Of a stretch of DNA of 64,000 nt, positions 20,749 through 30,785 are shown one piece after another. The stretch is from Candidatus Latescibacterota bacterium (GTDB lineage: Bacteria; Latescibacterota; UBA2968; GCA-2709665): the NCBI GenBank assembly GCA_965219995.1, contig CBDCOX010000002.1, positions 2,048,001 through 2,112,000 on the forward strand, read 5' to 3'. Under the pieces are notes generated by a model, which did not search any database, was not told where the DNA came from, and worked only from the letters and a program-made list of their open reading frames with translations. Numbering within the stretch: position 1 is the stretch's first letter; each line of letters opens with the position of its first letter. Both the position numbers and the translations under genes were made by a program.

Positions 20749-22284
20749 TCAGGCCATATCCCTGAGGACTTCCTGCGCGGCGTTGTGACCTGGAATGCCG
20801 CTCACCTCGCCGCCGGGATGCTGTCCGGCGCCGCAGAGGTACAGGCCTTTATGCGGCGCCCGATATTGCGAGAGTTCCGGAAGCGGCCGATTCCAGAAAA
20901 GATGCTCGCCCGCGTGTTGCACATGCCAGATACACCCGTCCGTCAGGCCGTTCTCCCGTTCGATGTCCAGGGGCGTCCGGAAGACGTGGTTTCGGATGGA
21001 AGATCTGAAGTTGGGCGCGAACTCCGTGATCTGATCGATGATGCCTTCGGCGATCTCCTCCCGGACGCCGTCCCAGGATCCGGTACGGAGCGTCGCGGGC
21101 GCGGGGTAGATCCACACGGAGGCGGTGTGATAACCCGGCTGCGTGAGCGTGGGGTCCGCGAACGAGGGCATCGAAAAACTGATCACGGGTTTCCGAACGG
21201 GCAGGCCCGCTTCCAGTTCATCGTAGGCCGCATCGATTTCCGGCCTCGACGCGTGAAGGGTGATCGCACCGCGGTAAGGTTGTTCCGGGTCGCCGTCCCA
21301 GTACTTCCATTGCGGCGCTTCGCTGACAACGGCGAGCAGTTTGTAACAGCTGACGTGGGTGATCAGCCCCTCGAGGCGCTTGCGCAGCCTGCCGTCGACC
21401 GATTCGGACGGCATGAGCCTGAGGAACGTGCACTTGGGGTCCAGGTTTGAAACCGTGACGCGGCTCCGGACTTCTTTCCCATTTTCCAGACGGACGCCAA
21501 TAACCGCGTTGTCTTCCACGAGCAACCCCTGCACGCCCGTGTCGAGGTGGATGGTCACGCCGGCCTCCCGCGCCGCGTGGGCGATCGCGTCGCTGACGGC
21601 GCCCATTCCGCCTTCAACGTAGCCATAGGGATGGGCTTCCCCGGTCTCGGTGTCGGGACGGTTGATGGAACCGTAGGCGAAGTGCAGACCCAGGGGATTC
21701 CGACCCACGGCGGCGCCTTCGGAGGCGTGCAGATCCTTCAGGCGGTCGGTGGAGAGAAATTCGTCCTGCAGTTCCAGGATCCGGGTGGAAACGGCCCGGT
21801 CGAGCACGCTCGCCGCGGGGGTACCGGCGATCCGGGAACGTACTTCGTCCAGGGGTGGGGGCGCCTGGAATCGGAACGGGGTCACGATATCGGAGAGAAT
21901 CCGCTTGAATTCGCCATATCGGCGAACGTCCTCTCGTTCGGCGCCGGTAAGGCGGCTGCTGTGGGTCCGGTTTCTGGGAGAATCGTGATCCGAGGGTCCA
22001 TGATAGGTGCCGTCGGGGCGGAGGCGGATGTACCCTTCGCGGGGAAGCATTTTCATTCCGCGTTCGTAGAGTTCCAGATCCCGGATGATTCTTGGGGGCA
22101 GGCCGTGGATCATGTGGGCGCAGGTCGAAAAGTGAAACCCCGGCCAGAGTTCTTCGGTGATTGACGCGCCGCCGACGAAGGAGCGGCGTTCAAACACATT
22201 GACGTCGAGTCCGGCTCCTGCCAGATAGGCAGCCGCGGTGAGGCCATTGTGGCCGGCGCCGACCACGATAACATCCGTATCCAT
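20749..22284 (-). CDS. Phytoene-desaturase-family FAD-dependent oxidoreductase
   Basis: GAGHNGL.AAAYLA, GGA..TEE, GGMGAV, LYLCGAGQHPGGEVSG.PG.NAA. Confidence 0.88.
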   Translation of the reverse strand: MDTDVIVVGAGHNGLTAAAYLAGAGLDVNVFERRSFVGGASITEELWPGFHFSTCAHMIHGLPPRIIRDLELYERGMKMLPREGYIRLRPDGTYHGPSDHDSPRNRTHSSRLTGAEREDVRRYGEFKRILSDIVTPFRFQAPPPLDEVRSRIAGTPAASVLDRAVSTRILELQDEFLSTDRLKDLHASEGAAVGRNPLGLHFAYGSINRPDTETGEAHPYGYVEGGMGAVSDAIAHAAREAGVTIHLDTGVQGLLVEDNAVIGVRLENGKEVRSRVTVSNLDPKCTFLRLMPSESVDGRLRKRLEGLITHVSCYKLLAVVSEAPQWKYWDGDPEQPYRGAITLHASRPEIDAAYDELEAGLPVRKPVISFSMPSFADPTLTQPGYHTASVWIYPAPATLRTGSWDGVREEIAEGIIDQITEFAPNFRSSIRNHVFRTPLDIERENGLTDGCIWHVQHAGEHLFWNRPLPELSQYRAPHKGLYLCGAGQHPGGEVSGIPGHNAAQEVLRDMA

Positions 22285-22371
22285 AAAAGACGTTCCCTTC
22301 GATTCGCTACGACCCCGCCCTCGGGGCCGTCACGGGATGGAAATAAGCGTTGTCCGCGGCCGTGACCTTAC

Positions 22372-22531
22372 CAGCCCGTTGAAAAAGTCCATCCGGGCTA
22401 CGTCCGGCCCTTGTGACCGAAATACGGCGTTGCGCTCCCTCCCCGAATCCAGGGATTCGCGTCGGTCGCGCGCCTTGTCTTCGGCCACAATGACTCGGCC
22501 TCGCCTGCAGAGCGACTTTTTCAACGGACTG
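22372..22531 (-). mobile_element. 160-bp MITE copy 2 with 4-bp target-site duplication (TTAC on +)
   Basis: Reverse-complement match to 3964-4123; TTAC at 22368-22371 and 22532-22535. Confidence 0.88.
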
Positions 22532-23984
22532 TTACACGTGCGGCTTCTCCGGATGCTTCGACGTAAGCGGTCAGGTGCGCCGCGGCGCGTCCGCTTTCGA
22601 TGGCGTCTTCGGCACGCTCGACGGCCGTTGTCGGATCCACGTCAAATCCGAGCAGATGATCCTTGATTGCGACGTTGAGCACGATCTGGTCGTAGGCCGG
22701 ACCTCTTTGCCCCGCAAGTGCGGCCCAACCCGCTTTTGCAAACGCTTCGGCGGAAACGGATTCGGGTCTGGGATGCCGGTTGTAACGGAATCCGGCGGCC
22801 GCCGGGTCGACGTCGCGATCGTACGTTTCGATCCGTCCGCCTCGGGTCCGGAAGCCCCTTACATTGTTGATGGCTTTTCGATCCCCGTCGGAGGGCTTGG
22901 CCAGCCGCAGGCCGAAGGAACCGGCGCCTTCCATGCCCTTCACGACCAGGCCGGAGTGAAGGCCGCGGTCCATCGCCAGCTGAAGAAACATGTCTTCGTA
23001 ACCCGGATGGTAATAGCCGATGACCATGTGGTTCTCGCCGACGCACGAAAAGAGCTGCTGGGCTTTTTCCGTTGCCGCCCAGGGCGGCCGCTTTCCAATA
23101 TGCGCACGGAGGTCCCTGGCAGCGTAGGCGGACGGCGAAAAGCTGCGCTGGCTGACGTAGGCGAAACCAACCCGCGGGTCCTCAATCAGACCGCCGGCCT
23201 GTTCCAGCGTGAGATTCACGTTTGCCCCCAGCACCTTCAGGATCTGTTCGTCGTTGACCCCCCATTTCGGCGGCATTCCGTCGACGCCGTGCAAAACGGA
23301 CGGGCGTCCCAGTGCGGCCCTGACCGCCGCGACGAAGAGGGTCGGACGGAAATATTTGCTCGATCCGTCGTACGGTTCCCCGAAATGGGTGAGTGAACCG
23401 ACGTCGAGCTTCACGACGTTGGACGGGTCAAACCCGGCATCCAGGTATCCCCGTGCCTCGTCGTATGTCTCGCGATTCATCCTCTGGCCGATCAGCGCCG
23501 CGCCCTTGAGCGCGTCTCGCACCTGCCCGTTCAGGATCGCGCCGCACATCCGGCGGGTCTCCCGGTAGCCGAGGTGCCGTCCCGCGAGGATTTTTTCCAG
23601 CGCCGCGATGAGAACGGCTTCCTGCTCGTTCCGCGCTTCCGGTTTCGCGCGCGTATCCAGCAGATACAGAATTTCGGGCGGCAGATCGCGGCGAAGGGCG
23701 GCACGATTTCTATCGAAAGCATCGGTTTCCGCGACACTCCACCGCGTCCCGGACGGAAAGCGGCGTCGGAGGGCCATGGCCACGAAGAACGCGCCCATCT
23801 GGACGGACGACACCCGCTGCGTTTCGGTCAATTCGCCCCTGGCCGAGCCAAGTATCAGATCCAGAATACGGTCGGGTTGGGGGTCCGCGGGCTTTACACC
23901 CAGGGGGCGGGACTGATGCGGTCCGGTGCAGACCCGGGCCTGGGCTTCCAGCACTTCGGGATTCGGGTGAACGTCGGTCGGCAT
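22521..23984 (-). CDS. Anthranilate-phosphoribosyltransferase-like (TrpD2/YbiB-related) protein, plant-type long form
   Basis: EAQARVCTGP, GAFF, IGQRMNRET, HFGEPYDG, LHGV..MPPK.GV, IGKRPP.ATEK; promoter just upstream supports the ATG at 23984. Confidence 0.75.
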   Translation of the reverse strand: MPTDVHPNPEVLEAQARVCTGPHQSRPLGVKPADPQPDRILDLILGSARGELTETQRVSSVQMGAFFVAMALRRRFPSGTRWSVAETDAFDRNRAALRRDLPPEILYLLDTRAKPEARNEQEAVLIAALEKILAGRHLGYRETRRMCGAILNGQVRDALKGAALIGQRMNRETYDEARGYLDAGFDPSNVVKLDVGSLTHFGEPYDGSSKYFRPTLFVAAVRAALGRPSVLHGVDGMPPKWGVNDEQILKVLGANVNLTLEQAGGLIEDPRVGFAYVSQRSFSPSAYAARDLRAHIGKRPPWAATEKAQQLFSCVGENHMVIGYYHPGYEDMFLQLAMDRGLHSGLVVKGMEGAGSFGLRLAKPSDGDRKAINNVRGFRTRGGRIETYDRDVDPAAAGFRYNRHPRPESVSAEAFAKAGWAALAGQRGPAYDQIVLNVAIKDHLLGFDVDPTTAVERAEDAIESGRAAAHLTAYVEASGEAARVTVR

Positions 23985-24020
23985 GGCATTGATATCCGTC
24001 GGTGAAGTGGCGTCGGCGAT

Positions 24021-24049
24021 AGTATACGTGAATTCGAGTGTGTCATCAA
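24021..24049 (-). promoter_or_regulatory. Sigma70-type promoter
   Basis: TTGATG-17 bp-TATACT on the minus strand, upstream of the ATG at 23984. Confidence 0.55.
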
Positions 24050-24215
24050 GCGAGGCGGGCTGTGCCTCGGATCTCAAGACATGAGCGACGAGGCATTTTC
24101 GACCTGCCGTTTCAGGGCGTTTCGGGATTGAAAAAACGGTTTGCACGAAAGGTGTTTTTTGTTAAATAAGACGTGATTGAAGCAATAAATATCCAGGCCG
24201 TACTCGAGATTGGCG

Positions 24216-25007
24216 ATGACGGTATACCGTTTGGCATGGTGCCTTGTCATATTGGGTTGGATGAGTACCCGGCTTCAGGCCGAACCTGTCCGGGTTTATG
24301 CCGCGGTCAGTCTGATCGGTTCAATGAAGCAGATTGAGGGGATGTTCGAAACGGAAACCGACGTGGAAGTCCGGTTCTCGTTCGCGGCGTCGTCCACGCT
24401 GGCCAGGCAGATCGAGCGCGGGGCGCCGGCCGGGGTTTTCATTTCCGCGAACCCCGCGTGGATGGATTATCTGGAGTCGAGGGGAATGATTCACCCTGAC
24501 AGCAGGGCAGACCTGCTCGGCAATGCGCTGGTTGTGGTTACGCCGGCGGGAGAGGGCTTTGACGTCAAATGGGAACAGGCGTTCGATTTCGCCGGGGCGT
24601 TTGAAGGACCGCTGGCGGTTGCGGACCCCGATCTCGTTCCTGCCGGCATATATGCCAGACAGGCGCTCGTCAACCTGGGATGGTGGGCGGATTTGAGCCA
24701 GCGCCTCGCCGTGGGTCAGGATGTGCGTTCCGCGCTCGCATTCGTGGAACAGGGCGCCTGCGCAGCGGGAATTGTGTACGCAACCGATGCCGCCTCGAGC
24801 GACCGTGTGGACGCGCTTGGCGTGCTACCGTCAGGGACGCATGATGAGATTGTCTATGCCGTCGCGATCGTAAAGGGTCGGGTTACGGTGACGACGCGAA
24901 GATTCGTGGACTTCCTGAAGTCCGAGCAGGCCCACGACGTATTCAGGAGTGACGGCTTTCGCGTTTCCGTTTCACGGCGAGAGCACGAACAAGCGGGACG
25001 AAACTGA
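24216..25007 (+). CDS. modA: Molybdate ABC transporter substrate-binding protein
   Basis: AAVSL, FAASSTLARQI..GAPA, ISAN, VPAG.YA, DVRSAL, GIVYATDA; signal peptide. Confidence 0.9.
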   Translation: MTVYRLAWCLVILGWMSTRLQAEPVRVYAAVSLIGSMKQIEGMFETETDVEVRFSFAASSTLARQIERGAPAGVFISANPAWMDYLESRGMIHPDSRADLLGNALVVVTPAGEGFDVKWEQAFDFAGAFEGPLAVADPDLVPAGIYARQALVNLGWWADLSQRLAVGQDVRSALAFVEQGACAAGIVYATDAASSDRVDALGVLPSGTHDEIVYAVAIVKGRVTVTTRRFVDFLKSEQAHDVFRSDGFRVSVSRREHEQAGRN

Positions 25008-25025
25008 CGCGCAGGAGCAGAGAAC

Positions 25026-26147
25026 ATGGCCATTCTGGAGCGGTTGAACGTTGGCGTTGCGGGCGCGGCGGGCAGAGGCGGGAGTTTTCGTGCTGCCTTC
25101 GACGCCCATCCCGTGGCCCGCCTGCATGCCGTCTGCGATATCCGGGAAGACATGCTGGATGCGGCGGCCGAAAAGCTCGGCGCCACGGAGACCTATTCGG
25201 ACTACGAGGAAATGCTGGCGAGGTCCGAGCTGGATGCCGTGGTCATCGGCACCCCCATGCAGTTTCACGCGCCTCAGGCGATCGCCGCCCTGGAGTCGAA
25301 CGTCCACGTTCTGAGCGAGGTGACAGCCGCGGTTTCCGTCGACGAGTGCAGACGCCTCGTCGCTGCTGCCGCCGCAACCCCCGCGATATACATGATGGCC
25401 GAGAACTTCACGTATATGAAACCCAATGTGCTCGTGAAAGCGCTGGTGCGGCGCGGGCTGTTCGGGGAGGTCTATTACGCGGAGGGCGAGTACGTCCACG
25501 AGTTGAAGGGATTGAACGAGATAACGACCTGGCGCCGGAAATGGCAGACGGGTATCGACGGCGTCACCTATGGCACGCACAGCCTGGGACCGATTCTTCA
25601 GTGGATGGAGGGCGATCGTGTGGCGCGGGTGTGCTGCGAGGGCAGCGGCCATCACTACGTAGATCCCAGAGGGAACCGATATGAGAATCAGGACTCCTGC
25701 GTGATGCTGTGCAAGACGGCTGAAGGCGCGCTGATCAAAATACGGGTCGACATGCTGTCGGAGCGCCCGCATTCAATGGCGAACTACGCCCTTCAGGGCA
25801 CCACCGGATGTTATGAGTCCGCCCGCGCGAAGGGGGAGGCGAACCGGATCTGGCTCGCGGACTTGTGCGAAGACAGGAGTACATGGTTGGACCTTACGGA
25901 ACTGGAAGGAGAATATCTTCCGGAGATGTGGCGCGACCCTTCCGAAGACGCGCTGAAGGCGGGGCACGGGGGCGGGGACTATTTCGAGATTCTGGATTTC
26001 GTGAACGCCATTGTGGGAACGGCGCCCTGTCCGATCGGAATTCACGAGGCCATGGACATGACGCTTCCGGGCCTGGTCAGCCAGGCATCCGTCGCCAATG
26101 GCGGCGCGTGGCTGGACGTTCCCGATTCGAGGGCTTGGGTCCAGTGA
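25026..26147 (+). CDS. Gfo/Idh/MocA family oxidoreductase
   Basis: GTP..FH, HVLSEV, AEN..Y, EGEYVH, GHGGGD. Confidence 0.88.
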   Translation: MAILERLNVGVAGAAGRGGSFRAAFDAHPVARLHAVCDIREDMLDAAAEKLGATETYSDYEEMLARSELDAVVIGTPMQFHAPQAIAALESNVHVLSEVTAAVSVDECRRLVAAAAATPAIYMMAENFTYMKPNVLVKALVRRGLFGEVYYAEGEYVHELKGLNEITTWRRKWQTGIDGVTYGTHSLGPILQWMEGDRVARVCCEGSGHHYVDPRGNRYENQDSCVMLCKTAEGALIKIRVDMLSERPHSMANYALQGTTGCYESARAKGEANRIWLADLCEDRSTWLDLTELEGEYLPEMWRDPSEDALKAGHGGGDYFEILDFVNAIVGTAPCPIGIHEAMDMTLPGLVSQASVANGGAWLDVPDSRAWVQ

Positions 26148-26256
26148 CCTTTCCCAACGATATCTCACCGTTCGGCCGATTTCAGGCTGCCTGTTCCGGG
26201 GCAGAACACCAGCGACCCCGTCGCCGGGATGATGGAGGGGCCGCCGTCGGGCAACC

Positions 26257-27045
26257 TCAGACAACCGTTGGCTTCAACGCACTCTCGCCGAATATTACCG
26301 GGAAGGGTTGACCGCGTTTGGATCGGGTAGCCGCGTGCATGTAACAGGTGCTGAATGCCCTGCGGGGAACGTCGGTACGATTTGTACCGGAGCTGTGTAA
26401 CAGCCAGTTGTGCAGGAGGACGACTTCGCCGGCATCGAGCTCCAGATTGACGTGTTCGGCGTGTTGCGTCCGCTCCTCGATCTGCTCGGAACTCAGGAAA
26501 CCGCTGGCGTTTTCAGGGTTGACCAGCCCCCATTTGTGAGACCCGGGGATGATTTTGACGCAGCCGTTGTCGACCGTGGACGGATCCAACGCGGTCCAGA
26601 CGGTAACGAGCGGATCGCGGTCGAGATCGGTCCAGCGGTCCTGGTGCCACGTGAGGTCGTGGCCGTGTCCTGCCGGTTTGTTCATGAACATCGCGCGAAA
26701 ACTGGCCACCGGGGCGTCCTGACCGTATGCCCAGGAACAGATATTCCGGAACAGCGGGTGCTGCATGTACGCGAGGAAGAGGTCGTCGTATTCCAGATCC
26801 TGAATCTTCCGGTAGTTCAGGGTTGCGCCCTTGTGGCCTTTGGTCTGGGGTCCCGGACCCTCCCTGCCGTCGACGACGTCCAGTTGCATCAGCGTACGAC
26901 TGTAGTCCAGCGGGGCCGTGCCCAGCATGATCTCGTTGATACGCCGCCTGAGGGCTTTCAGGGACGCCGAGGTCGCGACCTTGCCGAGGTGAAGATATCC
27001 CCCGGTTTGAAACCGTTCCCACTGTTCGTCAGTCAGAAAGTTCAT
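26257..27045 (-). CDS. Phytanoyl-CoA dioxygenase (PhyH) family Fe/2OG enzyme
   Basis: WHQD, TVWTALD..T.DNGC, IPGSH, LLHSSG.N...RRA. Confidence 0.9.
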   Translation of the reverse strand: MNFLTDEQWERFQTGGYLHLGKVATSASLKALRRRINEIMLGTAPLDYSRTLMQLDVVDGREGPGPQTKGHKGATLNYRKIQDLEYDDLFLAYMQHPLFRNICSWAYGQDAPVASFRAMFMNKPAGHGHDLTWHQDRWTDLDRDPLVTVWTALDPSTVDNGCVKIIPGSHKWGLVNPENASGFLSSEQIEERTQHAEHVNLELDAGEVVLLHNWLLHSSGTNRTDVPRRAFSTCYMHAATRSKRGQPFPVIFGESALKPTVV

Positions 27046-27200
27046 AGGCTTCACTCAACAGCGTACCCGCAAGCCCGGCGTCCGCCACAACCGGTCCGCA
27101 GGATCCGGGTCGGACACATCCCGATTCCGCCAGAGCGGGATACTCGTTGAAAGATAATAAAGTCGGGATCGCGCATCAAGATTCCAGCGAGGAGCGCCCA

Positions 27201-28172
27201 ATGTCGGAGACGGTATTGTATCTCTCGAAGGACGACGTGGAGGCGGTGAATCTGTCGATGAGGGAAATCATCGACGGGCTGGACCGGATGTTTGTGGAAA
27301 AGGGAGAAGGCAAAGTGGAGATGCCTCCCAAGCCGGGCATCCACACACAGCCGGACGCATTCATTCACGCAATGCCGGCGTATATACCGAGCCTTGAATC
27401 CGCGGGCATGAAATGGGTATCGGGATATCCGGCGAACCAGGCAAAAGGGTTGCCGTACATCAGCGGACTGTTGATTCTGAACGATCCGGAAACCGGCATT
27501 CCCACGTGCGTTATGGACTGCACGTGGATCACGGCGATGCGGACGGGCGCGGCGACCGCGGTTGCAGCGAAATATCTGGCGCGAAAGGACAGTTCGACGG
27601 TCGGCATTGTCGCCTGCGGCGTCCAGGGCCGCGGCAATCTGGAGGCCCTGTCGTGCGTTTTTGACATCAGCGAAGTAAAGGCGTACGATCTGTATCCTGA
27701 GGTCGCGGACCGCTTCGCCGCGGAAATGGGGCCCCGAATCGGGGTGCGCGTCGAGCCGGTTCGCGAGGTTTCGCAGGCCGTCAGGGAACTGGACCTTGTT
27801 GTAACGAGCGGGCCCATCAGGGAACGGCCGGAACCCGTTGTGGGGGCCGGCTGGCTCGCGGAGGGATCTTTTGCCTGTCCGCTGGATTTCGACGCCTACT
27901 TTACCGCCGAGGCATTCCGTGAAGCGGACAAGCTGGCAAGCGACGATTCGGATCAGCTGGAATATTACCGGCAGACCGGTTTTTTCGATGATACACCGGA
28001 GCCTTATGCAGACCTGGGTGAAATCGCGGCGGGGCTGAAGCCGGGACGGGAGTCGGACCGGGAACGCGCGATTGCGATCAATCTGGGCCTCGGTCTGGAA
28101 GACATGGCCACCGCGATTCTGGTTTACCGCCGCGCGGTGGAGCTGGAAATCGGGACGGTGTTGCCGCTGTAA
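27201..28172 (+). CDS. Ornithine cyclodeaminase/mu-crystallin family protein
   Basis: MPPK, HAMPA, KWVSGYP.N, TAMRTGAA, G.GLED; GAGGAG RBS. Confidence 0.9.
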   Translation: MSETVLYLSKDDVEAVNLSMREIIDGLDRMFVEKGEGKVEMPPKPGIHTQPDAFIHAMPAYIPSLESAGMKWVSGYPANQAKGLPYISGLLILNDPETGIPTCVMDCTWITAMRTGAATAVAAKYLARKDSSTVGIVACGVQGRGNLEALSCVFDISEVKAYDLYPEVADRFAAEMGPRIGVRVEPVREVSQAVRELDLVVTSGPIRERPEPVVGAGWLAEGSFACPLDFDAYFTAEAFREADKLASDDSDQLEYYRQTGFFDDTPEPYADLGEIAAGLKPGRESDRERAIAINLGLGLEDMATAILVYRRAVELEIGTVLPL

Positions 28173-28208
28173 TCGGGCCCCATCAGATGAAACCGCCAAG
28201 GAGGCGCA

Positions 28209-29330
28209 ATGACACGACAGGCTGACAATCCGGAACAGATCGGGATTTCCGTTGAAGGCCTGCAAACGGCGAACGGAATCCTCGAGGAGGCGGTGATTCG
28301 GGGCGAGTTGATGGGCGCGGCGCTCCAGGTTACCCGGGGCGGCTTCACCCTTCCGCCGGCGTGTTTCGGACGCCGCACCCTGGACCCCGCGGGACCTCCT
28401 GTTGAGCCGGATACGATCTTCCTGATCGCATCCATCACCAAGCCGATCGTGGCGGCGGCCGTCATGTTGCTCGTGGAGCAGGGCAAGGTCTGCCTGGACG
28501 ACCCGGTGACGGCGTTCGTGCCGGAGTTCGGTCAGGCGGGCAAGGAAGGCGTCCAGGTGCGGCATCTCCTGACCCACACATCCGGGCTGCCGGATATGCT
28601 GCCCGAGAACCTGGCATTGCGCGCCGAACACGCGCCGATGGATGTCTTTATTCAACACATCTGTAAGGGTAAACTGCTATTCAGACCAGGCACGAGAATC
28701 TCGTACCAGAGCTGTGGGATCGCGATGCTGGGCGAGATCGTTCAACGGATCGAGGCGGTGCCGGTGCGGGAATTCCTCAGGCGGGCGTTTTTTGAACCGC
28801 TGAACCTGGTGGATACCTCGCTGGGACGTCCGGACCGGAACCCGCGGGATTCCGACGTAAAAATACACGGCGGGGAGTACGGCGCAGCGGACGCCGTGTC
28901 GTGGAACTGGAATTCGGACTACTGGAGAGGGTTCGGCGCCCCCTGGGGCGGGCTGTTGACCACCACGGCAGAGATGACGGCGCTCTGTCAGGCTTTTCTG
29001 TACGACGGCGCACTGAACGGAACGCGCATCCTAAGCCCCGCAACGGTTTCCGCAATGACGGCGGACCAGACGTCGGCGATGCCCGACCTGAACCGGGCCG
29101 ACCGGCTCAGACAGCGTTGGGGGCTGGGATGGCGCGTGCGCGACCGGGTGTGTTCAATCTTCGGAGATCTGACTTCGGACGCCACCTTCGGACACGAGGG
29201 GGCGACGGGGACCGTGGCCTGGGTGGACCCGGAGACTGAGACGACGTGCGTACTGTTCACCAACGACCCGCACGGCGCGGCTTCTCTGCGTCCACGGGTA
29301 GGCAACGCTGTTGCCGCCGCCGTCATGTAG
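28209..29330 (+). CDS. Serine hydrolase (beta-lactamase class C-like esterase)
   Basis: ASITK (SxxK), HLLTHTSGL, FGHEGATGT. Confidence 0.88.
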   Translation: MTRQADNPEQIGISVEGLQTANGILEEAVIRGELMGAALQVTRGGFTLPPACFGRRTLDPAGPPVEPDTIFLIASITKPIVAAAVMLLVEQGKVCLDDPVTAFVPEFGQAGKEGVQVRHLLTHTSGLPDMLPENLALRAEHAPMDVFIQHICKGKLLFRPGTRISYQSCGIAMLGEIVQRIEAVPVREFLRRAFFEPLNLVDTSLGRPDRNPRDSDVKIHGGEYGAADAVSWNWNSDYWRGFGAPWGGLLTTTAEMTALCQAFLYDGALNGTRILSPATVSAMTADQTSAMPDLNRADRLRQRWGLGWRVRDRVCSIFGDLTSDATFGHEGATGTVAWVDPETETTCVLFTNDPHGAASLRPRVGNAVAAAVM

Positions 29331-29679
29331 GAAGCATTCCCGGCAAGGTCTCGTAAGGATCGTATCCCGCACTTTGTCGTGCATCCCTGTTGCTCCCGCC
29401 AACACGGACCGGCGGAAACCCGGGACGTTACCCTCAATGTGAAAAAAGAACACCGAAAAATTGGCAACAAAAAGCACAAAAAGCATCCGTGCAAAGCGGC
29501 GTTTGTCATAACGCGGTGACCCTGCAGTTCATTCCTCACCGGACCGAAAAGGTCGTCCGGAAGCACATTTTTTCCGTTCACGTCCAGTGACCTGAAGGTT
29601 CCTGGTAATCAGATGTTTAATCGCCTTTATCAACTTGCGTTTATTCAAATTAACGTCCTCGAAAAATGACGAATCAAGG

Positions 29680-30648
29680 TTAACCTTCGACGTGAACGTT
29701 GCCGAAGAGTGTGCTGACTGACTCGTCGTTGTGGATTCGACGGATGGCTTCTGCCAGAATGGAAGCAACGGAAAGTACCTTGATTTTCCCGTTCTGCACG
29801 GTTTCAGGTACGGGAATGGAATTCGAGACGACCAATTCGGTCAGGACGGAGTTCTCAACGCGTTCCACGGCGGGGCCGGCCAGCACCGGGTGTACGATTA
29901 CGGCGCTGATATCCAGTGCCCCATGTTCTCTCAGGACCGTCGCGGCCTCGACGAGCGACCCGCCGGTGGAAATGAGATCATCGATGATCACGACGTTCTT
30001 ACCTTCCACGTCGCCAATTATGTTCAGAACTTCCGTTTGTGTACCGCTCGAACGTCGTTTGTCCACGATGGCCAGTGGAGCGTCCAGCAACTCGGAATAG
30101 GCGCGTGTCATCTTGATGTTGCCCACGTCGGGAGTGACAGTGACCAGGTTTTCCATGCGCTTTTCCATCAGGTAGCTTCCGAAGACATTGATGGAGTACA
30201 GGTGGTCCATGGGGATGTCGAAGAATCCCTGGATCTGGTTGGAATGCAAATCCAGCGAAAGGACCCGCCTTGCGCCGGCGGTGACGATGAGGTTCCCGAT
30301 CAGTTTGGCGGTAATTGGCACCCGCGGCCTGTCTTTTCGGTCCTGCCGGGCATATCCGTAATAGGGCAGTACGGCGGTAATCCGCCGGGCGGAGGCGCGA
30401 CGGGCGGCGTCGATGAGAATGAGGATTTCCATCAGGGCGTCGTTTGGCGTAAACACACCATTGCCGCAGATTGGCTGAACGATGTAGACGTCGTTGCCGC
30501 GCACGTTCTCGCGAATCTGAACGCCTGTCTCTCCTCCCGGAAAACTCTCGACTTCGGCATCTCCCAGGCTGATATTGAGGTGTTGGCAGATCTCCTCGGC
30601 CAGAGGCCTGTTGATGTTGCCTGTGAAAACCTGAAAGTCGTAAGCCAA
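29680..30648 (-). CDS. prs: Ribose-phosphate pyrophosphokinase
   Basis: PYYGYARQDRK, DLH..QIQGFF, VDKRR, IDDLISTGGS; AAGGAGG RBS before the TTG start. Confidence 0.95.
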   Translation of the reverse strand: MAYDFQVFTGNINRPLAEEICQHLNISLGDAEVESFPGGETGVQIRENVRGNDVYIVQPICGNGVFTPNDALMEILILIDAARRASARRITAVLPYYGYARQDRKDRPRVPITAKLIGNLIVTAGARRVLSLDLHSNQIQGFFDIPMDHLYSINVFGSYLMEKRMENLVTVTPDVGNIKMTRAYSELLDAPLAIVDKRRSSGTQTEVLNIIGDVEGKNVVIIDDLISTGGSLVEAATVLREHGALDISAVIVHPVLAGPAVERVENSVLTELVVSNSIPVPETVQNGKIKVLSVASILAEAIRRIHNDESVSTLFGNVHVEG

Positions 30649-30785
30649 AACGTCAGCCTCCTTGGGAGTTCGAATCGAGGGGTTGAGAGTTCGTCTCGGG
30701 ACTGCGAGTGAAATATATGCCCGGTCTGGCGGCGGAGCAATTGAATTCAAAAAGAGCTGGACACACAGTCGGGATAGTTCATCCT

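Noticed and set aside
28209-29330. Beta-lactam resistance gene
   Set aside because: Cytoplasmic SxxK esterase-like family without a signal peptide; no support for resistance.
30661-30700. GTTCGAATC upstream of prs (tRNA-Gln often lies there)
   Set aside because: No T-stem pairing or cloverleaf around the motif on either strand.
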